The notes: a model not told the origin generated them from the sequence alone. A stretch of 64,000 nt of DNA from an uncultured Gammaproteobacteria bacterium (GCA_964527425.1 CAZGOA010000001.1:20842-84841), one strand, 5' to 3'; positions 1 through 11,135 are shown, counted from the stretch's first letter. Made by a program: numbers and translations.

Positions 1-741
1 TTTTTCTACTTGAGGATATATTTCGTGTAATGTTTGTTGAAAACGGGAAGTACCCCACGTGTCTGCAATATGACCAATATCGCTGTGTAAATTGGGTGCA
101 AAATGCTTATACTGCTTCCACAAAAATGATGGTGTTGTTACAAAATATCCTAAATTCCATGCATGTTTTCCACTTTCCAGATATCTTTTTGCAGTTTCTT
201 TGTCAGGACGATATTGAAAATTCTTAAATGAATGAAATGAAATATTATTTAATGTTTTTTTAACTTCTCCATATTCTATCCATCCCAAATTTTCACTGGC
301 AAAGCGCGGTTTTTGACCAATAAATACTATTGTATTAGGAGATTTTGTAACTATTTCACCTGCTCTAGTAAGTAATTCTCTAAATAATGATTCTTTTTTT
401 ACTAAATGATCACTCCATAAAATTGCCATTGGTTCAGAAGGAGCAATTTTATTAAGAATAGCAGTTAATAATCCAACTGCAGGTCCTACATCTCTCATTG
501 CAGGTTCTCCGATAATATGTGCTGAAGGTAATTTTTCAAGTTGCTCTTTAACCAGATCCACATACTGAGCCCCGGTAGATACAAACATATGATCCCAATT
601 AAAATCAGGCTGAAGACGTTCAGCTGCTAATTGAAGTGTAGATTTATTTCCAAAAATTTTCTCAAATTGTTTCGGAGAATTCTTTCGCGATAAAGGCCAT
701 AGCCTAGTTCCTGCACCACCTGCAAAAATTATACAATTCAT
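1..741 (-). CDS. manC: Mannose-1-phosphate guanylyltransferase (runs off the window edge, partial)
   Basis: Not in the ORF track. Read manually from ATG at 741: MNCIIFAGGAGTRLWPLSRKNSPKQF...GEPAMRDVGPA...LWSDH, which are GDP-mannose pyrophosphorylase motifs. Confidence 0.9.
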   Translation of the reverse strand, partial: MNCIIFAGGAGTRLWPLSRKNSPKQFEKIFGNKSTLQLAAERLQPDFNWDHMFVSTGAQYVDLVKEQLEKLPSAHIIGEPAMRDVGPAVGLLTAILNKIAPSEPMAILWSDHLVKKESLFRELLTRAGEIVTKSPNTIVFIGQKPRFASENLGWIEYGEVKKTLNNISFHSFKNFQYRPDKETAKRYLESGKHAWNLGYFVTTPSFLWKQYKHFAPNLHSDIGHIADTWGTSRFQQTLHEIYPQVEK

Positions 742-795
742 AATTAATTTAGAATTAACGATATCTAATCACGATACAAACAATATAGATAGTAT

Positions 796-1935
796 TTATC
801 TACGTTCTTGTATGTTTTCAGTGTTATATTCTTTTAATACATTTGCAACAAATAATGAAATTTGTTTCTTAAATCTCACTATATCAAACTGACTCGCCTG
901 TTTTCTACACGCAACTGGATCATATGTTTCAAGGTGAAATTGAGATAACGCGTTAACTAAACACTCCACAGTCTGCTCTTCAAATACTTCCCCTGTCTTA
1001 CCTGGAATGATAATTTCTGCTATGCCACTTTTTTTGTAACACAATACTGGTTTCCCGGAGGCTTGAGCTTCTGCAGCAACTATTCCAAAATCCTCTTCCC
1101 CAGCAAACAAAAACGCTCTGCACTGTTGATAATATCGAGCTAATTCTTCTGTTGTCAATTTATTCCGTATAAATGTTACATTTTTGCCAGCTCTCTTAAT
1201 TAGCCGCTGAGCATCTTTTCCATCTCCAATGACAACTAAGGGAAGGTTAAGTTTTGTACAGGCATCAATTACTATATCAATTCGTTTATAAGACACAAGG
1301 CGAGATACAACTAAAAACGGTGCATGTTCAGTATTTGTTTTTTCTGCTAAAGGAAATGCTGACATAGTTACAGGTGGATAGATAACTGCATCGACTGTAC
1401 GCTTGTAAAATGACTCAATTCGATGAGACACTAAGTTTGATATAGCTATAAAGTAATCAGGCTTTTGCGCAGCATAAAAATCCCACTTTTTTAAAATGCT
1501 GTGTGATAAAGATAATACTATTTTTGATAACCAACTAAACCTACCAAGCCCGGGTTCTTGTTGATATGAGGTATATCCACTCCACAAATATCTGGTTGGT
1601 GTTAAACAATAACAAATATGTAACGTATGTGGTTTCGTAATAATCGTTTTTGCTTCTGCAGAAGTAATGCTTATAACCACATCAAACATATCAAAATTAA
1701 ACAATTCAAATCCAAGTGGAGTTAACCATGGAAATAACTCATGATGCCGTTTTGCACTAGGTATTCTTTGAAGAAAGGAGGTGTGGACTTTAAATACTTT
1801 TGCCCATGTAGCTTTTTGTTTATCATAAACAGCTGTATATAGTGGAGCATTTGGCCATACTTCATGCAATGCCAGTAATACTTGTTCTGCACCTCCAAAC
1901 TTATTTACTCGATCATATACAAGCGCTATTTTCAT
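796..1935 (-). CDS. GT4 glycosyltransferase (WbaZ-like, putative mannosyltransferase)
   Basis: GGAEQVL, HICYCLTPTRYLW, VSRLVSYKRID, EEDFGIVAAEAQASGKPV. Confidence 0.9.
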   Translation of the reverse strand: MKIALVYDRVNKFGGAEQVLLALHEVWPNAPLYTAVYDKQKATWAKVFKVHTSFLQRIPSAKRHHELFPWLTPLGFELFNFDMFDVVISITSAEAKTIITKPHTLHICYCLTPTRYLWSGYTSYQQEPGLGRFSWLSKIVLSLSHSILKKWDFYAAQKPDYFIAISNLVSHRIESFYKRTVDAVIYPPVTMSAFPLAEKTNTEHAPFLVVSRLVSYKRIDIVIDACTKLNLPLVVIGDGKDAQRLIKRAGKNVTFIRNKLTTEELARYYQQCRAFLFAGEEDFGIVAAEAQASGKPVLCYKKSGIAEIIIPGKTGEVFEEQTVECLVNALSQFHLETYDPVACRKQASQFDIVRFKKQISLFVANVLKEYNTENIQERR

Positions 1936-3068
1936 AGAAAGCTGTTTTTCAACTCACCAACTTTGTTATAAATATCCAATGTCTTTTGAGCCATGGATTT
2001 CCAAGAAAATTTTTGAAAATACAATTGTTTTTCCTTTGCATCTTTCCATGGAGTTTTTTTACCTTTTTTAATAACATCTTTAATTTTTTCAAACCAATCA
2101 TGAGCACTATCCGGATCGAAAAATGCGGTAGAAGAAGGTAAAAGCTCTCTAAACACTGGGATATCTGAAACCAATATCTCACAATCTGCAGCAAGAGCTT
2201 CCAGTAAAGGAAGTGCGAATCCTTCTGCTTTTGAAGGAGAAAGTGTTATTAATGCTTTACTAAAATATTGAGCCAGCTGAATATCAGTAACATTTTCTGG
2301 AAACAAAAAGAGGTCGTCGAGATCTTTTGAGTGTACTTCGCTAACAAACTTCCTGAAAAAGTAATCATGAGGACCTATCATCATGATTTTCAAAGGAGCA
2401 ATGCTTTGAACTGGTATTTCTTTTTTAAATAATATGGCAATATCAATTAATAATTTTACGTTTTTATGAGGATACGTGTTGCCCACATATAAGATATATG
2501 GAACATGAATTAATTCGTTATTAGTTGAAACATTAAAAAAAACCTCATCAACTCCCTCTAATGTAACACTAATCGGATTTTTAATATTCCAGGTTTGAAT
2601 TACATCATGTTTTGTTGTTTCAGAAACCGCAATAATATGTTTAGACTTTTTTAAACCATTCTTTAATACAATTTGATATCCTATTTTTTTTAACCAGTAC
2701 AACGGGTAGGGCAACGTAGTCGCCTTGCCTGTATTAATTCTTAATATAGTTAGATCATGGATTGTTGTGATTATTGAATGGGAATAAAACAGTGGCACGG
2801 TAAAATATGGTACATGCAATATATCCAGTTTTTCACGGTAGTAAATTATTGGCAGTTCAAGTTGTTCTCGCAGTGTATGCCAGCGAGCACAAACATAATG
2901 AACACGCCAATTTGATTTGGGCAATTCAAATGGAAAAACTGTATCGTTAAGTACATACAATATATATTCGTTCTTTTTATCTATATTGATTAGCTCAACA
3001 ATAAGATGACGAATATAACGACCTACACCTGTTTCATTTATAAGTCGTGCATCAATTCCAATTTTCAT
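1932..3068 (-). CDS. GT4 glycosyltransferase (MtfB-like)
   Basis: MKIGIDAR..TGVGRY, TIHDL, VGNTYPHKN, EGFALPLLEA. Confidence 0.9.
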   Translation of the reverse strand: MKIGIDARLINETGVGRYIRHLIVELINIDKKNEYILYVLNDTVFPFELPKSNWRVHYVCARWHTLREQLELPIIYYREKLDILHVPYFTVPLFYSHSIITTIHDLTILRINTGKATTLPYPLYWLKKIGYQIVLKNGLKKSKHIIAVSETTKHDVIQTWNIKNPISVTLEGVDEVFFNVSTNNELIHVPYILYVGNTYPHKNVKLLIDIAILFKKEIPVQSIAPLKIMMIGPHDYFFRKFVSEVHSKDLDDLFLFPENVTDIQLAQYFSKALITLSPSKAEGFALPLLEALAADCEILVSDIPVFRELLPSSTAFFDPDSAHDWFEKIKDVIKKGKKTPWKDAKEKQLYFQKFSWKSMAQKTLDIYNKVGELKNSFL

Positions 3069-3076
3069 ACAAACGT

Positions 3077-3979
3077 TTATAAGCCGAACTTTTTTACTAT
3101 AAAAAGTCTCATATTAATGATTGTTATTACAAATATTGTTAACAACGCAGAATATTTATTTTGATAATGTTTCTTATAAAATAATTTCATCGTTGAATAA
3201 AAATATTCTTTTGTTTTTTTTCTTGTTTCGAGGTTACTATTATTTCTGCCACTTTGCTTTTTTTTATGAAGTACCTTAGCTAAAGGCTCATACCATATCT
3301 CCCATCCATTTTCTTTTATTCTAAATGCCCAATCTAAGTCTTCACCATACATAAAAAACGCTTCATCTAGTACTCCCACCTGATCTATTACTTCTTTTCT
3401 AACCATAAAAAATCCACCACTAATCGCATCAACTTGATGAGCTGAATTCATTTGTTTATACCACTGGTGATACTGACTAAACATACTGCTATGAGGAAAT
3501 AAAGACTCCATACCCACAAAGTAACTGAAAGATGCCCATGGAGTTGGAAAACCACGATGACAGGCTGGATCTATATTTCCATTAGGAAGAAATAACTTAC
3601 TCCCCACCACCCCAATCTTTGATGAAGAATATAACTTTTTAAGGCAAACTTGTATTGCATCAGATTGTATTTCTGTATCAGAATTGAGTAATAACACTGT
3701 CTTTCCTAAAGCAATAGCTAAACCTTTATTATTGCCTGCCGAAAATCCATAATTATTATCAAGTGCAAGAATCCTTATCCAACTCTTATTGGCAGTGTAT
3801 TCATTAACTGAAGTCAAAAATTCTACACTGTCATCAGAAGATCCATTATCTACAATTATTATTTCCCATAAATCAGTGTTTTTTTTTGAATGAATAACAC
3901 TCTTTAAACACTCCAGAGTTAACTCTTTAGTATTATAATTTACAATAATAATCGACAACTCAAGATTTTTTTGACTCAT
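3077..3979 (-). CDS. GT2 glycosyltransferase (WbbL/rhamnosyltransferase-like)
   Basis: SIIIVNYNT, VDNGSSDDS, LLLNSDT, DEAFFMYGEDLDW. Confidence 0.88.
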   Translation of the reverse strand: MSQKNLELSIIIVNYNTKELTLECLKSVIHSKKNTDLWEIIIVDNGSSDDSVEFLTSVNEYTANKSWIRILALDNNYGFSAGNNKGLAIALGKTVLLLNSDTEIQSDAIQVCLKKLYSSSKIGVVGSKLFLPNGNIDPACHRGFPTPWASFSYFVGMESLFPHSSMFSQYHQWYKQMNSAHQVDAISGGFFMVRKEVIDQVGVLDEAFFMYGEDLDWAFRIKENGWEIWYEPLAKVLHKKKQSGRNNSNLETRKKTKEYFYSTMKLFYKKHYQNKYSALLTIFVITIINMRLFIVKKFGL

Positions 3980-5147
3980 ATTTTTTCCAAATAGCTTCTT
4001 GTATATCTGCTATATGTGACCAACTATATTTTTTTTCTACTATTTGCCTAGCGTTTCGTGTTATTTTTTTGACATTCACCGAATCATTACATAATGTTTG
4101 TATATTACCTATCCACTCATTTGTTGTATCTCCAATTAAAATTGAATGATTATGCTTAACATCTAATCCTTCAATTCCTTTTGTAGTCGAAATAACTGGA
4201 ACTCCTGCTGCCATTGCTTCTAAAATTTTATATTTAGTACCACCACCTATTGCTATTGGAGCAAATGACATATGTGCTTTTCTCAATACATCACGAATAT
4301 CATCTACATTTTCTGTTAACGTAACAGATGATGAGAGATATTTTTTGAACGCTTGTGGAAAATGTTGACCAACTAACTCAAGTGAAGCTTTTGGATAATT
4401 TTTTGAAATAACCGGCCAATATAATCGTAATAACGATTTAACAGCGTCTTGATTTTGAATCCATCTGAAATTGCCAATAAATACTGCATGAAAATCTTTC
4501 GGTATGACATTATTAGGCAAAAATTCAAACCAAATATCATCTACCCCATTGGGAACAACAGTTACATTATTAAATCCTTTACTGTTAATATATGCTTTAT
4601 CTGATAACGATACAGTAATTATTTGATCTGCATTTTCCCAAATGGTTTGTTCCCATTTTTTTATTTTATGCACATCATTTCGAAGAAAAGACTTCATTAA
4701 AGGTAACTTAAATCGTTGAATATAACCTTCATAAATCCTATGTTCAATATTATGTTCACTAACAATAAGAGGAAGATCTAATTGGGGTAATCCAGTAAAT
4801 ACATATCCAGGTTCAATATGTACTACATTAATCGATTCCTCACTGATTATCTGAGCAATACGTTTTTGGGCCATAGTATGATGATATGTTGCGTGTAAGA
4901 GTGATTTATTGGTAAATAACGATTTTGTTATATAACCAGGTTGCCATGCTGTTCCTCTCAGAATCGTTTCAATCCGATGGCAGAAAGATAATTCTTTACA
5001 GAATTTAGTTTCTTCCTCTGTCCGAATATACGATATTAGGGTAATGTTATGATGTTCTGATAGCCTTTTTAAGAGATTATAAAGACGTACCTGACCTCCC
5101 GAATACAACGGGAAGGGTAGTACTGCTGAAACAACAAGAATATTCAT
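3960..5147 (-). CDS. GT4 glycosyltransferase
   Basis: PFPLYSGGQVR, EHNIE, VPNGVD, GGGTKYKILEAMAAGVPV; start taken at MNILVV (5147). Confidence 0.88.
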   Translation of the reverse strand: MNILVVSAVLPFPLYSGGQVRLYNLLKRLSEHHNITLISYIRTEEETKFCKELSFCHRIETILRGTAWQPGYITKSLFTNKSLLHATYHHTMAQKRIAQIISEESINVVHIEPGYVFTGLPQLDLPLIVSEHNIEHRIYEGYIQRFKLPLMKSFLRNDVHKIKKWEQTIWENADQIITVSLSDKAYINSKGFNNVTVVPNGVDDIWFEFLPNNVIPKDFHAVFIGNFRWIQNQDAVKSLLRLYWPVISKNYPKASLELVGQHFPQAFKKYLSSSVTLTENVDDIRDVLRKAHMSFAPIAIGGGTKYKILEAMAAGVPVISTTKGIEGLDVKHNHSILIGDTTNEWIGNIQTLCNDSVNVKKITRNARQIVEKKYSWSHIADIQEAIWKKYESKKS

Positions 5148-5154
5148 AGGTACA

Positions 5155-6663
5155 TTAATTTGAAGCACTATTTGGTTTTGTTAAATCAATAATCGCAAAT
5201 GTATCATTTCGAACAATAACTTCGTACTCTTCACTTAAAGCCTTAGTTTCTCCATCTGCATCAGTAGGAGATACGGTAACATAATGGGTTGCTCCCAGTT
5301 TAATTTTTTCTTCAATATCAAATCCAATAGGCCAACCTTGACGTTTAGTTTGATAAAGAAATGTTGTGTCACCATTGTACGGAGCTATTACTTTTGCATC
5401 CGGAGGTAATAAAGAATCTGCAACCTTTCCTGCTTCAACTATTTCAGGTCGGTTTATCCAATAAAATCCTCGAATTTCAAACCAGGAAAATGCCACAGTA
5501 AAGAGCACTATGAAAAGTAACACTATTGAGTTGCGGAGTTTAGCTATGAATGATCTTGGACTTATAAGATGTTCAATACCAAATCCTAAACATAAACTAA
5601 TTACAGGTAAAATTAACTGCTGGTAATAATCATGTTGCACATTTCCTCTTGCTATTACGATAAAAAACAATAGACTACCAAATAATAACGAATATACTAT
5701 CACCCATTTTTTTTGAATTGATAGTATTCCCAAAATAAATAGTGCTATCCCCCAATACCCTAATATTAATTTTGAAACTCGTTCAGCAAACAGCCAATGA
5801 AACCATGCACCTTTAAAGCGAAGATTTCCTTCATTGTATAACCAATTTGAAACCGGAATTCCTTCTGGAAAGAATACTATCCACTGTCTCCATACATAAA
5901 GAGGCACTATAGCTATGACAAAAAAGATTCCTAATAACACTGTAGATGTTAATACTTTTCTTGTAAAAGAACGATTTAACAATGGAAAAGCTGAAACAAT
6001 ATTCCATACACTCGTTATAAAAAGCAAAGGAAGAGGAATTAATAAAAATACTGCAAAAGGCTTTACTAATAATGCAAATGCTGCACTAAACGTACTGACT
6101 ATGAGTAAAAAAAGTGCACTGACACCATTACTTTTTGTAGATTTTAAAGAAGCAAATAGAGCAAGCAGACTCAAAAAGACCATTAATGGCTCCGGTAATA
6201 TAGATCGGCCATAAAAAAAACTATATGGCAATACGGCATACATGAATGCACTTCCTAATCCCACAATTGAATTCTTTAATTGTTTCCCTATGTAAGCCAA
6301 CAATATTATTGTACCTATACTTGCAGCGATACTTGTAAGTCTGAGTGCCTGCTCAATACTAACTTGAGGCAACATAGTATATAACCCGTACGCTATACTT
6401 TGGTACAACGGAAACTCAACCATTCTCCATCCTTCTAGGTTGTTTTTACCCGATTGAATGTTCGACAAATCATCATATCTGGGTCTGAAAGGATCAAACC
6501 CAAGATCTCTAAAATTTCTCGCAACTGCTGCTGTATCAGCCTGTCTCCAACTATGCCAATCGGCAATAGGATTACTAAACTTATAACTACGCACACTAAC
6601 TCCTAATGCAACGATAACACCTAAGAATAATATAAATACATGTTTTTTTAGAAATTTCATCAT
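5155..6663 (-). CDS. GT-C membrane glycosyltransferase (ArnT/PMT-like)
   Basis: Polytopic membrane protein; WHSWRQADTAAVARNF and EFPLY in the first loop, HDYYQ; start taken at ATG 6663. Confidence 0.8.
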   Translation of the reverse strand: MMKFLKKHVFILFLGVIVALGVSVRSYKFSNPIADWHSWRQADTAAVARNFRDLGFDPFRPRYDDLSNIQSGKNNLEGWRMVEFPLYQSIAYGLYTMLPQVSIEQALRLTSIAASIGTIILLAYIGKQLKNSIVGLGSAFMYAVLPYSFFYGRSILPEPLMVFLSLLALFASLKSTKSNGVSALFLLIVSTFSAAFALLVKPFAVFLLIPLPLLFITSVWNIVSAFPLLNRSFTRKVLTSTVLLGIFFVIAIVPLYVWRQWIVFFPEGIPVSNWLYNEGNLRFKGAWFHWLFAERVSKLILGYWGIALFILGILSIQKKWVIVYSLLFGSLLFFIVIARGNVQHDYYQQLILPVISLCLGFGIEHLISPRSFIAKLRNSIVLLFIVLFTVAFSWFEIRGFYWINRPEIVEAGKVADSLLPPDAKVIAPYNGDTTFLYQTKRQGWPIGFDIEEKIKLGATHYVTVSPTDADGETKALSEEYEVIVRNDTFAIIDLTKPNSASN

Positions 6664-6696
6664 AGATAGCAATTCAAGATAACAATGGTAATTAAA

Positions 6697-9675
6697 TTAT
6701 TTGGGATTAACTTTCCCTTCCAATTGTTGTAATTTAAAATCTTCAAAAAGTAATAACGTCTTTTCTGTACCATATGGTTCTGGGTAGCCGAAAGCTGCTT
6801 CTATTGAATTTACTTGAGCGACATTATACGGTGATTGGCGAAACATATGCCATAAGGCATCATTTAATCCAGTAGGAAAAATCCAGGCCCGTCCAATCCG
6901 AATAGGTACATCGATAAATACAAACGTTCTTGTAAAATTTGGAGGGAAAAATCCTGTTCGTATTGATTTTAATGTTTGTTCTGTTACATATCCTGCAAAT
7001 TCCCATTCTTTTTCAATTCGTTTGAATTCAATAGTATTCCACCATATACAACTCACTATAAGAATAATTGAACCTATCTTTAATACCCATGACATACGCG
7101 ACTGAAACAATCGAGTAACAACTAAGCCTGCCAACATAACAATAAATACTGAAGGCAGCAGTGCATATCTTTCAGAGGCAGCACCTAATCCAATGAACGG
7201 TATAAGTGAGATAAAAATACTTGCCACTAAGCCCCATACCATACGCCTTTTAAGCAAATAGACTTTATATTTCCATACAGTAAACGACAGAAATGCTACT
7301 GCTCCCAGCCCGATAAACGTGAGTGTTTGAACGTATTGTCTCATCATTTCTCTTGCACTAAATCCAATCTCTATTGCTCTGGGTCCGACAATAATTGCCA
7401 AGAGATAAGTCCCTATATTTCCAATACCATTTACCAATAATTTACTCAGGTTGTAACCGTAATCTCCACTCGGTGCTACTGCTCCACTATACATACGTAT
7501 TATCCAATAGGCAGGAATTAATAATAATAACGGCCATTTAGTTTTCCTTTGATAAATAAGCCAATCAAATAACACAATTAATGCTGGGCCTATTATTACC
7601 GTTTCCCATGAACCCATTGCCAATAATAGAGTAAATGTACCCAGTCCCAATTTATATTTCTCCCATTTTGCACTCCGATCTATTAAAAATATGTTCATAG
7701 ATAGTAATAAAAACATAACCGCAAGCAGACTGCTTTGACCTGATATCCAAATGATATTTTCATGATGGACTGCGAGCACTGCAAAACAAATAGTAAGTAA
7801 CCCTGCAATGAATCGATTTACCCCAACTTTCCTCATGAATAAAAAGGTTAAAACAGAAATAACAAAGAATAAGAAAATTGATGCTAAATGATAGGCTTGA
7901 GGCATTAACCAAAAAACAGAAAATAATGAAAAATACCATAATTTAGGTATGGGTCTATAGAAGAAACCTTGAGCATTTGTAAAGTAAGCCCCAATATCTG
8001 CAGTTGAAGTTTCAGCTGCCCATCTCAACCAGGTAAAATCATCACCTATAAAGTAATAATTCAATATTGTTCCAAAGAATAAAAACATTCCGATTGCCAA
8101 ATATGAAGCAACTACAAATTTATTTGTAAAAAATTTATACAGTACCGAAAAGTATCCCTGTTTCATTTCATGTTTTGACAATAGTGCCATGGCGATACCA
8201 AGCATCATCCATAACGGAAAGGCTACTTTTGAAGCTTCAAAAACATCGATTAAGATAGCATTTGCACTTAAGCCAACAATACCTGCAAATAAACCGATAA
8301 CAAACGATTTTTCAAATGGTTCGAGTAAATCTTTTTTTCTCCAAAACCATACAAACGCATACAATAATATCCCTAAAAATGATATTGTACCCAAAATACC
8401 AGTTTCTCCTAACATTCGGTGATAGTTTCCATCTGCTGCTAAATTGAGACTTGAATATCCACTTCCTGTAAAAATGTTGCGTTTAAACGCAGCTATTGCT
8501 CTAGGCCATTGGCCTTGAAAACGCGTAGTTATAGAAATGTCAAGTACAAATGCTTTTTGGATTAAATAACTACCAGAAATAGTTGCAACTTCACCTTTTC
8601 CTGCAACTAATTCTTTTTTGTTTATAAATTCTACTTCATCAATTGGAGCAGTTGATGGTGTCACCCCTTGAGAAGGTACATTAATAAATCCACTACCCTT
8701 AGGTAAATTTTCTACATCAGGTTCACTGATTGGTTCTAATACTGCTTTCCCGCCTTCAACTTTTTCTAATGTACCAATAGGTTTTCCAGTTGATAAATCT
8801 ACGACTACATCATTAAATCTCAATGTTTTTAAAAACCGTTCTGAAGCACCACTAACAAAATTAACCATTATAATACTAGCTATTATCACTGGAACGATTA
8901 GCCAGCGTTTTTTTTGCCACCACAGCATGACCGAAATAGTTACCAAATATACCCCAAAAGAAACTCGTGATGCTGTAAGCAACAACAATATAAATGACGC
9001 AATTGTAATTGCCAACAATAAAACCTTGAACATCAATCGTTTAGTACCAAATATTAAGCTGCCCAATATTGGAATGGTTAACACCAAATATGCTGCTAAA
9101 TCATAATGCCCAGCAAATGTTGACATTATTCGTGCAGTAGGCGGGAGACGCAATGGAACACCTTTTGCAAACTCTTCATTCATTGTCGAAAAGGCCGGCA
9201 AGCCATAATATTTTTGACCTAATCCATATATGACAATAAAAATTCCAGTAACAGCAATTACACAAACAAGTATTGGTAATAGTTTTCTATTTCTTGAAAC
9301 TGCAGCAAAGGCAAGAAAAAACAACAGCATATACTCAATACGCCGGAGATAATGAAGTATTGCTATATGAGGCAATACATTAGGTAACTGAGGGAAAATA
9401 AATAAAATAGCAAGTATTACTGAAATTAAACCTACTCCCCAGAAAGTTACAATAGGAATACTTAGAGGAGTTTTTAATGATTGTTTCTTAAAAATAACTA
9501 ACATCCCCAAAATAGCTGCTGCTAAAAACACCAAAAAATCTTCTAACCGGATATATACCCATGTGCCAACAATATCTAAAATAGGAAGTTTTGGGTACAA
9601 CGGTATAAATGCTAAGAAGAATATCAGCATTCCGGGGACAAGCCACTTAATCAAGAATTGCCAGAGCTTTTCCAT
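6697..9675 (-). CDS. Fusion of an O-antigen ligase-like (Wzy_C) domain and a TMTC/GtrII-like GT-C domain
   Basis: N-half: RLED, STFAGHYDLAAY, TASR, DGNYHRMLGETGILG. C-half: YFIGDDFTW, FFYRP, AYH, HHENIIWISG, SERYALLP. Confidence 0.78.
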   Translation of the reverse strand: MEKLWQFLIKWLVPGMLIFFLAFIPLYPKLPILDIVGTWVYIRLEDFLVFLAAAILGMLVIFKKQSLKTPLSIPIVTFWGVGLISVILAILFIFPQLPNVLPHIAILHYLRRIEYMLLFFLAFAAVSRNRKLLPILVCVIAVTGIFIVIYGLGQKYYGLPAFSTMNEEFAKGVPLRLPPTARIMSTFAGHYDLAAYLVLTIPILGSLIFGTKRLMFKVLLLAITIASFILLLLTASRVSFGVYLVTISVMLWWQKKRWLIVPVIIASIIMVNFVSGASERFLKTLRFNDVVVDLSTGKPIGTLEKVEGGKAVLEPISEPDVENLPKGSGFINVPSQGVTPSTAPIDEVEFINKKELVAGKGEVATISGSYLIQKAFVLDISITTRFQGQWPRAIAAFKRNIFTGSGYSSLNLAADGNYHRMLGETGILGTISFLGILLYAFVWFWRKKDLLEPFEKSFVIGLFAGIVGLSANAILIDVFEASKVAFPLWMMLGIAMALLSKHEMKQGYFSVLYKFFTNKFVVASYLAIGMFLFFGTILNYYFIGDDFTWLRWAAETSTADIGAYFTNAQGFFYRPIPKLWYFSLFSVFWLMPQAYHLASIFLFFVISVLTFLFMRKVGVNRFIAGLLTICFAVLAVHHENIIWISGQSSLLAVMFLLLSMNIFLIDRSAKWEKYKLGLGTFTLLLAMGSWETVIIGPALIVLFDWLIYQRKTKWPLLLLIPAYWIIRMYSGAVAPSGDYGYNLSKLLVNGIGNIGTYLLAIIVGPRAIEIGFSAREMMRQYVQTLTFIGLGAVAFLSFTVWKYKVYLLKRRMVWGLVASIFISLIPFIGLGAASERYALLPSVFIVMLAGLVVTRLFQSRMSWVLKIGSIILIVSCIWWNTIEFKRIEKEWEFAGYVTEQTLKSIRTGFFPPNFTRTFVFIDVPIRIGRAWIFPTGLNDALWHMFRQSPYNVAQVNSIEAAFGYPEPYGTEKTLLLFEDFKLQQLEGKVNPK

Positions 9676-10513
9676 AAACTGCCGAGAGGTCTCGGTCTCT
9701 TATTATGCCACAAATACCCAATACAAACCACGCTTTAAGCTTTAACATGTATACTAAAAGCTTAGTTTCCAGTATAGACTTATGTTTCTTATAAAAATAG
9801 AGAAGACCTTTATAAATATTTATAACAGGTTCCCTTCTATTTTCTGAACTAGCTGCACCCGTATGAATAAACTGGGCTTTAGGAGTAAACCATGTAAGAA
9901 AGCCCATATTTTTTGCACGATACAGTAAATCAACCTCTTCCATGTACATAAATATCGACTCATCAAACCCTCCTACTTTTAAGAAATCGCTTTTACGGAC
10001 CATGATACAAGCCCCCGAAATCCAATCAACTTGCCTTTCTTTATTAGGAGAATATCGAGAAAGATGTAACTGGTCTCCTTTTAAAAACAACATCAGAGCT
10101 ATGATTAATAATGAATAAAATGGCCCACATGACTGCTGAGGAGTTTTGTCTTCATTAAATAACTTTCCCCCAACAAAAGATTTTGGTTTTCTTGATAAGT
10201 ATTCAAAAAGTGTCTCTATACCTTTATCTAAAACTTCGCAGTCGGAGTTAAGAAAAAGCACGTATTCTCCCTTAGCTAGTTGAACTCCCTTGTTATTTGC
10301 CATTCCAAAACCTATATTTTTCTTGTTAAAAACAGACTCTACTTGAGGATATTTTTTTTTAATTAATTCTACAGACCCATCTGTAGAATTGTTATCTATG
10401 ACAATAATTTCATACTTAATTGATGAATTTTTTAGTGATGCACAAACAGATCCAAGACACCTATCCAATAACGCTTTTGTATTAAAGCTAAGAATAATTA
10501 TAGAAAGCTTCAT
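9647..10513 (-). CDS. GT2 glycosyltransferase (WbbL-like)
   Basis: LSIIILSFNT, IDNNSTDGS, FLNSD, GGFDESIFMYMEEVD. Confidence 0.88.
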   Translation of the reverse strand: MKLSIIILSFNTKALLDRCLGSVCASLKNSSIKYEIIVIDNNSTDGSVELIKKKYPQVESVFNKKNIGFGMANNKGVQLAKGEYVLFLNSDCEVLDKGIETLFEYLSRKPKSFVGGKLFNEDKTPQQSCGPFYSLLIIALMLFLKGDQLHLSRYSPNKERQVDWISGACIMVRKSDFLKVGGFDESIFMYMEEVDLLYRAKNMGFLTWFTPKAQFIHTGAASSENRREPVINIYKGLLYFYKKHKSILETKLLVYMLKLKAWFVLGICGIIRDRDLSAVYGKALAILD

Positions 10514-10520
10514 TATAGAT

Positions 10521-11135
10521 CTATTGAAACAAACGAGAAAATTTGAGGGTATATCGTAAATCTGTTGATCTTTTTTTTATTTCTTTAGCGGGAACACCTC
10601 CCACAACACTATATTCATCTACATCTTTGGTTACTACAGCTCCGGATGCGATAACAGCACCTTTTTTAATAGTTACACCAGGTAAAATTGTGACACGCGA
10701 ACCTATAACAACATAATCTTCAATTTTGACTGGTGCTCCAATTTCTGCAAAATAAGGATCATCAATATCATGCTCCATACTATATATTCTTACTTCACCT
10801 GCTATTGAAACGTTATTTCCAATTTGTATGGATCTCTGTGGCGGATTAATAAAATCCTTTAAATACCTTGCCATTTTATTTTTGTAAGAGGAAGTATGAT
10901 TATCAGACCAAGTTCGTTTAAATCTGCCATCTAGAAACGCATCATTACCGATAATAGTATTTGAACCAATTTCGATTCCACTGGGTAGATTAAATCGAGC
11001 CAACCAATGTATTGATGAGTCACGACCGATCTTTATTCTAAAAATATGCCTATAAAGAAATAAACGTATAGTATGACTCGGAATAATTCCAGTTAAGGTT
11101 GCAAGATAAACCCAAAAATCAATAAAAAATCTCAT
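10521..11135 (-). CDS. Hexapeptide-repeat (left-handed beta-helix) sugar acyltransferase with a loop insertion
   Basis: [50 protein letters not shown]. Confidence 0.88.
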   Translation of the reverse strand: MRFFIDFWVYLATLTGIIPSHTIRLFLYRHIFRIKIGRDSSIHWLARFNLPSGIEIGSNTIIGNDAFLDGRFKRTWSDNHTSSYKNKMARYLKDFINPPQRSIQIGNNVSIAGEVRIYSMEHDIDDPYFAEIGAPVKIEDYVVIGSRVTILPGVTIKKGAVIASGAVVTKDVDEYSVVGGVPAKEIKKRSTDLRYTLKFSRLFQ

